From a virus (Duplodnaviria > Caudoviricetes), in IMG/VR virus record IMGVR_UViG_3300033076_000465, positions 1 through 33,066 of that record: a stretch of DNA of 33,066 nucleotides. The stretch is one strand, 5' to 3'. The notes under the pieces were generated by a model. That model searched no databases, was not told the DNA's origin, and worked only from the letters and a program-made list of their open reading frames with translations. Shown one piece after another: positions 8,198 through 16,750 of this stretch. How positions within the stretch are numbered: the first letter of the stretch is position 1; every line of letters starts with the position of its first letter. The translations under genes and the position numbers were made by a program.

Positions 8198-8629
8198 ATG
8201 ACCCCCGACAAATGGCACTCCAGGTTTCTCGATCTTGCCGAGCTCGTTGGGAGCTGGAGCAAGGATCCCTCCACGAAGGTCGGTGCCGCCATCGTCCGGC
8301 CTGATCGCACCATTGCATCATTGGGTTACAACGGATTCCCGCGCGGAGTAGAGGACAAGTATCTCGACCGTGACCACAAGTTACTGCGTACGGTGCACGC
8401 CGAGATGAACGCTATCCTTTCCGCGCGGGAGCCTCTCGATGGTTGCACTCTCTATGTTTCTCCTCTTTTTCCCTGCTCCAATTGTGCTGCCGCCATCATT
8501 CAATCTGGCGTGTCCACAGTGGTGGCCCGCATGGGAACGCTTCGCCCCGACTGGCAGCTCTCCTTCGACGCCGCCGCAGACATGCTCAACCAAGCCGGTA
8601 TCGACGTCACACTTTACTCGGTGAAGTAA
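8198..8629 (+). CDS. dCMP deaminase
   Basis: SKDPSTKVGA, GYNGFPRG, and the zinc motifs HAEMNA and PCSNCA. Confidence 0.95.
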   Translation: MTPDKWHSRFLDLAELVGSWSKDPSTKVGAAIVRPDRTIASLGYNGFPRGVEDKYLDRDHKLLRTVHAEMNAILSAREPLDGCTLYVSPLFPCSNCAAAIIQSGVSTVVARMGTLRPDWQLSFDAAADMLNQAGIDVTLYSVK

Positions 8630-8630
8630 C

Positions 8631-8966
8631 ATGAGCATCAGCGACCCCTACAAGAATCTGGGCAACAACAGCGTACTGGTCATGCCGACTACTGGCGTTG
8701 CCTCCGGCTTGAACATCGCGCCCGCCGTGATGGTCTGGCCCGGCTCCAACCATGTGAAGGATCCGCTCTTCCGCAACCGCCTTCTCTTGATGCGGCTGCG
8801 GGCGCGCGAAGGTGAGCATTTGTTCCAGGACATGCACACCTCGTTCGCCAACGACAAGGTCTTCGTCTTCATCGTCACCAAGGATCAGCCGCTCACCCTC
8901 GAGGATGACGCTGGCATGTTCCCGTCCGACGCCCTCATCACCCAGCTTCGTCTTCTGATGGATTGA
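8631..8966 (+). CDS. hypothetical protein
   Basis: 111-aa ORF starting right after the deaminase stop. Confidence 0.8.
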   Translation: MSISDPYKNLGNNSVLVMPTTGVASGLNIAPAVMVWPGSNHVKDPLFRNRLLLMRLRAREGEHLFQDMHTSFANDKVFVFIVTKDQPLTLEDDAGMFPSDALITQLRLLMD

Positions 8967-8969
8967 GCC

Positions 8970-9179
8970 ATGAACTACATCGTCGTCTCTGCCGCCAACA
9001 ACCGTTCCTTCTACCTCGCCAAGCAGCGCATCGGCGGTGCGGGTTACGCCACCATCGCCACCTTCCTGAACGAGCAGATGGCGAAGGACACCGCCGCGCT
9101 CCTCAATCAGGCAGCAGCGCCAGCCAACTCGTTTGGCGAAGCATTCGTCAGCAAAGTCATTAAGGGAGGTCGCCGTTGA
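8970..9179 (+). CDS. small hypothetical protein
   Basis: 69-aa ORF with good codon usage; stop overlaps the next start. Confidence 0.75.
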   Translation: MNYIVVSAANNRSFYLAKQRIGGAGYATIATFLNEQMAKDTAALLNQAAAPANSFGEAFVSKVIKGGRR

Positions 9180-9862
9180 CCACCGTCGTTACCACGAGAA
9201 GTAACCCGAAGAAGTTCGCTTGGTCCTACTCCAAGCTGAAGAACTATGAGTCCTGCCCGAAGCGTTACTACAACGTGGACGTGGCGAAGGTCGTGAAGGA
9301 AGAAGAGTCCGAGCAGCTCCAGTACGGCAACGCCCTGCATAAGGCACTGGCCGAAGCGGTCTCAGGGAAGGCTGATCTACCGAAGCCCTTCGCTGGTTTC
9401 CAGAAGCTGGTCGATAAGATCACCGCCAACCCCGGCAAGCTCCTCGTCGAGCAGCAACTCGCCATCCGGCAGGACTTCTCCAAGTGCGAGTGGTTCGCCA
9501 AGGATGCTTGGTACCGGGGCATCGCTGACGTCATCAAGATCATCGGGCCGGTGGCGCTGGTCATCGACTACAAGACCGGCAAGATCCTGGAAGACGGTGT
9601 GCAGCTTGCGCTCATGGCGCAGTGCGTGTTCGCCCACCACCCCGAGATCCAGAAGATCCGCACCGAGTTCTGGTGGCTGAAGGAAGACGCTGAGACTCGC
9701 GCCGACTTCACCCGTGAGGACATGGTCAAGGTCTGGGCCGGGTTACTTCCCCGAGTAAAGATGCTGGAGGATGCGCATGCTGGCGCGAATTTCCCACCCA
9801 AGCCCGGTTATCTCTGCCGCAAGTGGTGCCCAGTCGAGGCATGTCCGCACCATGGGATCTAA
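9176..9862 (+). CDS. PD-(D/E)xK Cas4/RecB-like exonuclease
   Basis: TTG start after GGGAGG; WSYS..YESCP, GNALH, GIAD, IDYKTGK, QLAL, C-terminal CRKWCPVEAC. Confidence 0.9.
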   Translation: MTTVVTTRSNPKKFAWSYSKLKNYESCPKRYYNVDVAKVVKEEESEQLQYGNALHKALAEAVSGKADLPKPFAGFQKLVDKITANPGKLLVEQQLAIRQDFSKCEWFAKDAWYRGIADVIKIIGPVALVIDYKTGKILEDGVQLALMAQCVFAHHPEIQKIRTEFWWLKEDAETRADFTREDMVKVWAGLLPRVKMLEDAHAGANFPPKPGYLCRKWCPVEACPHHGI

Positions 9863-10193
9863 AGAGGCCGGGTCGCTCTATTACGACGCCCAGACCGATC
9901 AGGTCTACATCATCACTGATGGTAACAAGCAGACCTTCGATCATTTTGATGCGTCGAAATACATGATTGTCGAGCAGAAGCGTTACGACGCGCTCGTCGC
10001 CTACGCCGCTTGGAGAAGCAACGATGACCCCAGAAGGGCGGATCAAGAAGAAAATATCGGACTACCTGCGGAGGATCGACGGCCTCTGGTACAACATGCC
10101 TGTGCCCGGTGGATACGGCGTATCTACACTCGACTACTTGGGCTCGTACCGGGGGCGGTTCTTCGCCATCGAAGCGAAGGCGACCGGCCGTAA
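9852..10193 (+). CDS. hypothetical protein whose 3' part overlaps VRR-NUC
   Basis: ATG at 9852 overlaps the exonuclease end; the first ~57 codons fill the gap and look protein-like. Confidence 0.5.
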   Translation: MGSKEAGSLYYDAQTDQVYIITDGNKQTFDHFDASKYMIVEQKRYDALVAYAAWRSNDDPRRADQEENIGLPAEDRRPLVQHACARWIRRIYTRLLGLVPGAVLRHRSEGDRP

Positions 10194-10326
10194 GCCTACC
10201 GACCGACAGTGGGCCACCATCGAAGACATCGAAGCCGCTGGCGGCAAGTGCTTCGTCATCGACAGCCCCGACCTGAGCAAGCTCAAGGAATGGATTGAAG
10301 AGCTGAGTAAGGAACCCACCACATGA
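10024..10326 (+). CDS. VRR-NUC domain nuclease (Holliday junction resolvase-like)
   Basis: RBS GGAG, MTPEGRIKK...LDYLG...FFAIEAKA..KPTDRQ...AAGG. Confidence 0.9.
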   Translation: MTPEGRIKKKISDYLRRIDGLWYNMPVPGGYGVSTLDYLGSYRGRFFAIEAKATGRKPTDRQWATIEDIEAAGGKCFVIDSPDLSKLKEWIEELSKEPTT

Positions 10327-11870
10327 TCCACGTCTCGAAACAACACCGTGTCATCGGCGTACCGTATCGCCCTGAGTTCGACGAGTTCTTCCCGAATGCC
10401 AAGCGGGTTACTTTGAACGGTAACGAGCTGGTGATCGTGCCGCACGAAGCGAACATCACGCGCTACCTTCGCAACATCGGGCTCGATGTCCCGGCTCCGG
10501 TCGTGGCGCACTATGACTTTGAGGGCGGCTCGCCCTTCGAGGTGCAGAAGAAGACCGCTGCACTTCTAACCATGAACCCGCGGGCCTACGTCCTCAACGG
10601 CATGGGCACCGGCAAGACCAAGGCGGCCCTCTGGTCGTGGCGCTACCTCAACCGCATGGGCCTGGCTGGCAAGCTGCTGGTGGTCGCCCCGCTCTCCACG
10701 CTCAACTTCACATGGGCCAAGGAAATCTTCCAGACGCTGCCGGGTGTGCAAGTACAGGTGCTGCACGGCACCAAGGCCAAGCGCCTTGCCAAGCTGGGCG
10801 ACATGACGGCCGACGTCTACATCATCAACCATGACGGCCTCAACATCATCGCTGACACGCTGGCCAAGCGCCACGACATCGACACCTGCATCCTTGACGA
10901 GCTCGCGGTCTATCGTAACGGCCAGTCGATGCGGACCAAGGTTACTCGCAAAGTAACGGCCCGCATGAAGTGGCTGTGGGGCATGACCGGCTCGCCAACG
11001 CCGAACGCTCCGACGGATGCTTGGGGCCAGTGCTCCATCGTCACGCCCAACACCGTGCCGCGGTACTTCAATCGCTTCCGCGATGAGGTCATGCGCAAGA
11101 TCACGCAGTTCAAGTACACGCCCAAGGAGGACGCGCTCGACAAGGTGTTCGAGGTCATGCAGCCCGCCGTGCGCTTCACGCTCGACGATGTGGTCGAGCT
11201 GCCCGAGCTGATCGAGCGCACCATCGACATCGAGATGGGGGAGAAGCAGTCCAAGGTCTACAAGCAGATGGAGCAGCATGCCCACGCGATGGTGGCCTCC
11301 AACGAGATCACCGCCATGAACGCTGGCGCTGTGCTGATGAAGCTCCTCCAGATCAGCACCGGCTACGTCTATTCCAAGGACAAGTCGGTCGTCGCGCTAG
11401 ACAATGACGAGCGGCTCGAGGCGCTGGTCGATATGGTCAACTCGTCCGACCGCAAGGTCATCGTGTTCGTGCCCTTCGTGCATGCGCTCGAGGCCATCGC
11501 CAAGCGCCTTACTTCGGAAGGTTACGACGTTCGCACCGTCTACGGCGGCACCCCCAAGGGCGAGCGCGATCAGATCTTCAACCTCTTCCAGAACAGCAGC
11601 GCGATCAAGGTCCTGGTCGCGCACCCGCAGTGCATGGCGCACGGCATCACGCTCACCGCTGCCGACACCATCATCTGGTTCGCGCCCATCCCCAACCTCG
11701 AAATCTTTGAACAGGCCAACGCCCGCATCCGGCGCGTCGGCCAGAAGCACAAGCAGCAGGTCCTGATGTTTCAGGCAACCAAAGCTGAGAAGAAGATGTA
11801 CGCGAAGCTGCGCGCCAAACAGAAGGTGCAGAACGCGCTACTGGAAATGTTCGCTGATGGATCGGAGTAA
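10323..11870 (+). CDS. SNF2-like superfamily 2 helicase
   Basis: GMGTGKT, VVAPLS, ILDELA, MTGSPTPN, HGITLT, QANARIRRVGQ. Confidence 0.93.
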   Translation: MIHVSKQHRVIGVPYRPEFDEFFPNAKRVTLNGNELVIVPHEANITRYLRNIGLDVPAPVVAHYDFEGGSPFEVQKKTAALLTMNPRAYVLNGMGTGKTKAALWSWRYLNRMGLAGKLLVVAPLSTLNFTWAKEIFQTLPGVQVQVLHGTKAKRLAKLGDMTADVYIINHDGLNIIADTLAKRHDIDTCILDELAVYRNGQSMRTKVTRKVTARMKWLWGMTGSPTPNAPTDAWGQCSIVTPNTVPRYFNRFRDEVMRKITQFKYTPKEDALDKVFEVMQPAVRFTLDDVVELPELIERTIDIEMGEKQSKVYKQMEQHAHAMVASNEITAMNAGAVLMKLLQISTGYVYSKDKSVVALDNDERLEALVDMVNSSDRKVIVFVPFVHALEAIAKRLTSEGYDVRTVYGGTPKGERDQIFNLFQNSSAIKVLVAHPQCMAHGITLTAADTIIWFAPIPNLEIFEQANARIRRVGQKHKQQVLMFQATKAEKKMYAKLRAKQKVQNALLEMFADGSE

Positions 11871-11960
11871 CCGCATGAAGTAACTCACAAGCAACTACAT
11901 CGTAATGGATTCCCCACCACGGAATCGTTTAGTCTGAACAACCCACGGAGAAACCCCACC

Positions 11961-12371
11961 ATGACTGTTCATGTGCAGGTCCAACTGCCTGAGAACATCG
12001 ACGAGCTTGTGGATCAATACGTTCGCCTTCGCGATAAGATCAAGGCGGCTGACGATGCCCACAAGGAGAAGACCAAGAACGCTCGCTCGTACTTGGAACT
12101 CCTCAACGGCCGCTTGCTGGAACGTCTCAACGACGTTGGCGGCGAAAGCGTGAAGACGCCCCACGGGACCGTCTACCGCACCACCCGGCGCTCGGCCACT
12201 ATCGCTGACGGCGATACCTTCCGCCAATACGTCATCGAGAACGAGCAGTTTGATCTCGTCGATTGGCGGGCAAACGCCAATGCCGTTGACGACTTTATCA
12301 AGGAAGAGGGCGTCCAGCCGCCCGGCGTGAACTTCTCTCAAGCCTTCACTGTCGGGGTTCGTCGCGGATGA
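11961..12371 (+). CDS. phage replication-module protein with N-terminal coiled coil
   Basis: RBS GGAG; 136 aa; SVKTPHGTVY...PPGVN; lies between the helicase and the SSB-like gene. Confidence 0.8.
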   Translation: MTVHVQVQLPENIDELVDQYVRLRDKIKAADDAHKEKTKNARSYLELLNGRLLERLNDVGGESVKTPHGTVYRTTRRSATIADGDTFRQYVIENEQFDLVDWRANANAVDDFIKEEGVQPPGVNFSQAFTVGVRRG

Positions 12372-12472
12372 ATGCCGACTTCCTTGACTTCCTTACGGCC
12401 TTGGCACTGGGCCTTCTGGTGCTGAACGCCGCCTTCACCTTCTTCGATCTCATCAACTACTTCACGAGGTAA
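12368..12472 (+). CDS. 34-aa hydrophobic small protein
   Basis: ATGA-coupled; MNADFLDFLTALALGLLVLNAAFTFFDLINYFTR*; exactly fills the gap and is below the ORF-track cutoff. Confidence 0.6.
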   Translation: MNADFLDFLTALALGLLVLNAAFTFFDLINYFTR

Positions 12473-12476
12473 CATC

Positions 12477-13496
12477 ATGGCATCAACCCAACTTACACTT
12501 CCCAAGGGCTTCGGCGCGGTATCGTCCGTGTTCGCGGGTCAGACCAACGCCAACGACGAGCTCGGCGCTGGCGTCACGTCCTCCTATGGCGTGATCGGCT
12601 ACCGTGGCAAGGTGTGGTCCACGAAGTATCAGGGCAAGGAAACGCCCCTGATGCGCGAGGACGGCGATGGTCCGCGCGGCTCCATCGAGGTGGTGATCGT
12701 CAAGGCTGCGGCCGCGATCTCCAAGATCTTCTACGCCAACGGCTACCAGGATGGCAGCAACTCTGCTCCCGACTGCTGGTCATCTGACGGTGTGAAGCCC
12801 GATGCGTCCTGCCAGTCCAAGCAGCACCCGACCTGTGCGGCATGCCCGCGCAATGCTTGGGGCTCTCGCGTCACCGAGTCCGGCAAGCAGGGCAAGCAGT
12901 GCGCCGACTCCCGTCGCGTGGCGGTGGTCCCGGTCAACGACATCGCCAACGAGATGATGGGGGGACCGATGCTGCTGCGTGTTCCGGCGGCATCGCTCAA
13001 GGACCTCAAGGCGTACGGCGAGATGCTGAACTCCTACGGCTACCCCTACTATGCCGTTGCATCCCGCATCTCCTTCGACCCGAAGGAAGCCTTCCCGAAG
13101 TTCGTGTTCGGCGCGATCCGTCCGCTCACTGACGAAGAGGCCCGCCAGGTTGCCGAGCTCCGCGACGACAAGCGTGTGCATCAGCTCCTGAACGAAGCCA
13201 TCGAGCAGAAGCAGGTGGCGCAGCAGGAGGAAGAGGAAGCCGTCCCGGCGTCCCCTTTCGAGATGGGGAACTCTGCGACAGTTGCCGCCTCCGCACCGTC
13301 TTCGGCCTCACCGAAGGCTTCTGCGGCTACTGCTACGAAGACCTCCACGGCGACGGCGGCTCCGGCCCAGAAGACTACTCCCAAGGCGACATCGAAGCCT
13401 GCACCCCAGCCCGAGCCGGAAGAGGTTACTTCCGAGGGTAACGAAGGCGGCGCGGTCCCGACCTCCTTCGACCAGCTCCTCGAAGACATCATCTAA
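12477..13496 (+). CDS. putative ssDNA-binding/annealing protein
   Basis: PDCWSSDG...CAACPRNAWGS...KQCADSRR Cys cluster, A/T/P-rich linker and acidic tail (FDQLLEDII); located just before the primase. Function is inferred. Confidence 0.65.
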   Translation: MASTQLTLPKGFGAVSSVFAGQTNANDELGAGVTSSYGVIGYRGKVWSTKYQGKETPLMREDGDGPRGSIEVVIVKAAAAISKIFYANGYQDGSNSAPDCWSSDGVKPDASCQSKQHPTCAACPRNAWGSRVTESGKQGKQCADSRRVAVVPVNDIANEMMGGPMLLRVPAASLKDLKAYGEMLNSYGYPYYAVASRISFDPKEAFPKFVFGAIRPLTDEEARQVAELRDDKRVHQLLNEAIEQKQVAQQEEEEAVPASPFEMGNSATVAASAPSSASPKASAATATKTSTATAAPAQKTTPKATSKPAPQPEPEEVTSEGNEGGAVPTSFDQLLEDII

Positions 13497-13504
13497 ACGA
13501 TAAC

Positions 13505-13533
13505 GGGAGTGGGGGTTACCCCACTCCCATTTC
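13505..13533 (+). terminator. putative intrinsic terminator
   Basis: Perfect 10-bp stem GGGAGTGGGG-GTTA-CCCCACTCCC followed by ATTTC, just after the stop codon. Confidence 0.65.
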
Positions 13534-13549
13534 ATCCGGGGCGGTACTC

Positions 13550-16402
13550 GTGCTTGAACGCGACAAGAAGTTTATTTCATTGGCTCTGCCTGAGCCACAG
13601 GACGGACAATTTCTTAACATCATCTGGAGTTCGACCGGTCAGAACGGCAAGAAGTTCTGGGACGGCCGAGCTTGTACATCTGTAGACGAGTTTGCCAAGA
13701 CTGTTGATTGGATGTCCAAGGCTGGTGAGCCGAAGGACATGTATGTCGGGATGTCATTGCAAGCCCGCTGCGAGGAGAAGATCTCGCAGAAGGGTTATAA
13801 GTACAAGCGGGCGCTACGCTCCGCCGCTGACGTCGTTGCCATCAAGTCGCTGTTCATCGACGTTGACGTGAAAGAGGGCGCTTACCCCGACACGAAGACG
13901 GCTCTGGCTGCGCTGAAGGACTTCATCACATCAGCGAAGCTCCCGATGCCGTCAGCCGTTGTGGCCTCCGGCTCCGGTGGCTTCCACGCGCACTGGGCGC
14001 TGGACAAGGTCCTGACCCGTGACGAGTGGCAACCGCTGGCCAATGCGCTGGCGCGTGCCACGCACGAGCTGGGACTTCTCTGCGACAGCCAGTGCACGGT
14101 GGACTCCGCGCGCATCCTGCGCATTCCAGGAACGCTGAACCACAAGTGGGATCCCCCACGCGAGGTGAAGCTGCTCTCCTGCGGTGCGGAAGTCTCGCAT
14201 GATGACATGGTCACATCATTGCAGCCTTACATGGGTGCGTTACCTCAGAAGGTAACAACCAAGATCGAGGCGAACGACGAGCTCGGCGCAGGGCTCACCA
14301 ACGAAGCGCCTGAGATCGAGATCATGGACGTCGCCAAGAACTGCGGCTTCGTGAAGCGCTCGCTCGGTACCGGTGGCAAGGAGAACCCCAACCCGCTGTG
14401 GTTCATGACCGCGGCAATCGCGAACTTCACCGTCGAGGGCAGGGATGCTCTCCACGAGATGAGCAACCAGCATCCGGGCTACACCGCCATCGCAACCGAT
14501 GAGCTCTACGACCGGATCGCCAACGCTCAGAAGACCCGCGATATGGGCTGGCCCAAGTGCGAGAAGATCGCAGCGTACGGCGCGAAGGAATGCCAAGGCT
14601 GCCCGCTGCTCGCACAGAAGAAGAGCCCGCTCAACTTCGTGCTGGCCCAGACCCCCGACAAGCCCGACCTGACGCTGCCCGACCGGTATGTGCGCAATGC
14701 CGATGGGCTGATCATGTTTCGCACCATCGACGAACAGGGCCAGCCGATCACCTTCCCGATCTGCGCTTACCCGCTGACCAACGGCTGGCTCTCCAACGAC
14801 CCTTGGACGCTGCACTTCACCACCAAGCTGGAGAACGGGCGGCGTCGGTCCATCGAGATACCTTGTGAAGTAATCACCGCCAAGGACAGCTTGGCGAAGT
14901 ATCTCGGTGGCAAGGGCTTCTTCTGCAACGAAAAGGATTACAAGGTACTCAAGGAGTTTCTCGTGGCATGGCTTCGTAAATTACAGAACTCAAAGGATTC
15001 GGTCATCAGCGCCAGCCCGTTCGGCTGGAGCGTCGTCGATGGAAAGATAGAAGGTTTTGCATACGGCGGGCGCGTGTGGATGAAGGACACCGACCGTCCT
15101 GCCGCCAACCCGGACGCCGTGCTGGCCTACCAATACTCGCCGCGCGGCAACCGTGAAGCATGGGACAAGCTGGTCACGGTCATCTGCGATCAGCGCCGCC
15201 CGGCGCTCAACGCGATCCTGGCGTCGAGCTTCGCTGGTCCACTGGTGCGCTTCACAGGCCACCCCGGTCTGCTGCTCAACGCCTACTCGCCCGAGTCCGG
15301 TATCGGCAAGACCACCACCATGAAGGTGGCGCAGTCCGTATGGGGCGATCCCGTGCGCGCCATGCAGGGGCTCAACGATACCTCCAACTCGGTCCTCAAC
15401 AAGATGGGCCACATCAAGGCTCTCCCCATGTACTGGGACGAGATCAAGTCGGAGGCTCAGGTCAAGCGCTTCTGCCAAGTCGTGTTCGACCTGACCGGTG
15501 GCAAGGAGAAGTCCCGCCTCAATGCCGACTCCACGCTGAAGATGTCGGGCACATGGCAGACGATCATGACGAGCGCGTCAAACGACTCGCTCATTGATCC
15601 GATGGCCCGTGAGGTGGGCAGCACGACGGCTGGCCTCTATCGCATGTTCGAGTACATCGTCCCGCCGCCTACTTCGCAAAGTAACGATGACACGGGTGCA
15701 GTGCAGCGCCTGACCGGCGAGCTCAACGACAACTTCGGCCACGCTGGGCTGCTCTACTCCAAGTTCCTCGGGGCCAACCACGAGCGCATCAAGAACGATG
15801 TTGCCAAGGCTCAGGACGAGCTCTCCCGCGACAATGGCGGGCGGCAGGACGAGCGCTTCTGGTTCGGCACGATGGCAGTCATCCTCAAGGGTGCCGAGTA
15901 CGCCAACGAGCTGGGGCTGACGCAGATCGACGTGCCCGGTCTCAAGGACTTCCTCGTCGAGGTGCTCACCGAGAACCGTCGTCAGGTGGCAGCAACGCCC
16001 AGCGATGTGACCACGGACATGAACGCCAGCGCCATCCTCGCTGAGTTCCTCAACGTGCACCGCTCGCGCAACACCGTCATCACCAACCGCATCCACGTCT
16101 CCAAGGGCAAGCCCCCGGTGGGTTCGATCAAGGTGCTCAACGACGCCTCCAAGATTGCCGAGCTGCGCGTCCAGATCGGCAAGGACGACAAGCTCATCCG
16201 CATCTCGTCGGGCTACTTCACCGCCTGGATCGGCAAGTCGGGTCACTCCCGCGTGTCGTGGACCAAGAAGATGGAGTCCGAGTTCGGGCTGCGTCTGGTC
16301 AATGGTCGGCTGGGAGGTGGCACCGAGCTCGCGGCGACAGCCACCGAGCTGCTGCTCGAGCTCGACATGAACCACCCCAAGCTGAGCCAGTTCGTCGAAT
16401 GA
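13550..16402 (+). CDS. primase-helicase (AEP/RepB-like primase + DUF927-type helicase)
   Basis: GTG start; LFIDVD, SGSGGFHAHW and RILRIPGTLN primase motifs; Cys cluster; Walker A SGIGKTT and Walker B YWDE. Confidence 0.88.
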   Translation: MLERDKKFISLALPEPQDGQFLNIIWSSTGQNGKKFWDGRACTSVDEFAKTVDWMSKAGEPKDMYVGMSLQARCEEKISQKGYKYKRALRSAADVVAIKSLFIDVDVKEGAYPDTKTALAALKDFITSAKLPMPSAVVASGSGGFHAHWALDKVLTRDEWQPLANALARATHELGLLCDSQCTVDSARILRIPGTLNHKWDPPREVKLLSCGAEVSHDDMVTSLQPYMGALPQKVTTKIEANDELGAGLTNEAPEIEIMDVAKNCGFVKRSLGTGGKENPNPLWFMTAAIANFTVEGRDALHEMSNQHPGYTAIATDELYDRIANAQKTRDMGWPKCEKIAAYGAKECQGCPLLAQKKSPLNFVLAQTPDKPDLTLPDRYVRNADGLIMFRTIDEQGQPITFPICAYPLTNGWLSNDPWTLHFTTKLENGRRRSIEIPCEVITAKDSLAKYLGGKGFFCNEKDYKVLKEFLVAWLRKLQNSKDSVISASPFGWSVVDGKIEGFAYGGRVWMKDTDRPAANPDAVLAYQYSPRGNREAWDKLVTVICDQRRPALNAILASSFAGPLVRFTGHPGLLLNAYSPESGIGKTTTMKVAQSVWGDPVRAMQGLNDTSNSVLNKMGHIKALPMYWDEIKSEAQVKRFCQVVFDLTGGKEKSRLNADSTLKMSGTWQTIMTSASNDSLIDPMAREVGSTTAGLYRMFEYIVPPPTSQSNDDTGAVQRLTGELNDNFGHAGLLYSKFLGANHERIKNDVAKAQDELSRDNGGRQDERFWFGTMAVILKGAEYANELGLTQIDVPGLKDFLVEVLTENRRQVAATPSDVTTDMNASAILAEFLNVHRSRNTVITNRIHVSKGKPPVGSIKVLNDASKIAELRVQIGKDDKLIRISSGYFTAWIGKSGHSRVSWTKKMESEFGLRLVNGRLGGGTELAATATELLLELDMNHPKLSQFVE

Positions 16403-16635
16403 GTGGGATGCGCAAGCGCCAGCAGGCGTTCCTCGGCATGCTCGAGGACTTACCTGTGCAAGTAATCAGCACCGAGTTCACCGGGTCTGGCCATCTCAAG
16501 GTGACATTACAACACGCGACCCGGAGGAAGTTCTTCGTCTTCTCCGGGTCCTCATCAGATGTTCGCGCTACAAAAAACTTCAGGAGCGAAGTGCTCAAAT
16601 GGGTCAAACAAGAAAGGGAAGTCCATGCCGCATAA
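16399..16635 (+). CDS. small basic protein, possibly HicA-like fold
   Basis: ATGA-coupled; TGSGHLKVTL...SGSSSDVRATKNFRS. Confidence 0.6.
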   Translation: MSGMRKRQQAFLGMLEDLPVQVISTEFTGSGHLKVTLQHATRRKFFVFSGSSSDVRATKNFRSEVLKWVKQEREVHAA

Positions 16636-16750
16636 CTTTTTCCAATGGTGTTGGTTTGTCTTTTACACCGTCGGATCATTAGGCGGTTGGATCATGTGCG
16701 CTGTGGTCCTGACCTATGTCGCTGACCTTCGTCGGAACGTTCGCAAATGA
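16625..16750 (+). CDS. small membrane protein
   Basis: MPHNFFQWCWFVFYTVGSLGGWIMCAVVLTYVADLRRNVRK; overlaps its neighbours at both ends. Confidence 0.55.
   Translation: MPHNFFQWCWFVFYTVGSLGGWIMCAVVLTYVADLRRNVRK

Noticed and set aside
9176-9862. Cas4-like gene as evidence of CRISPR-Cas
   Set aside because: A solo phage exonuclease in the usual replication module; no array or other cas genes.
1724-16375. Many - strand ORFs of 100-350 aa opposite the early/replication genes
   Set aside because: Same shadow-frame effect; they fully overlap well-supported + strand genes.
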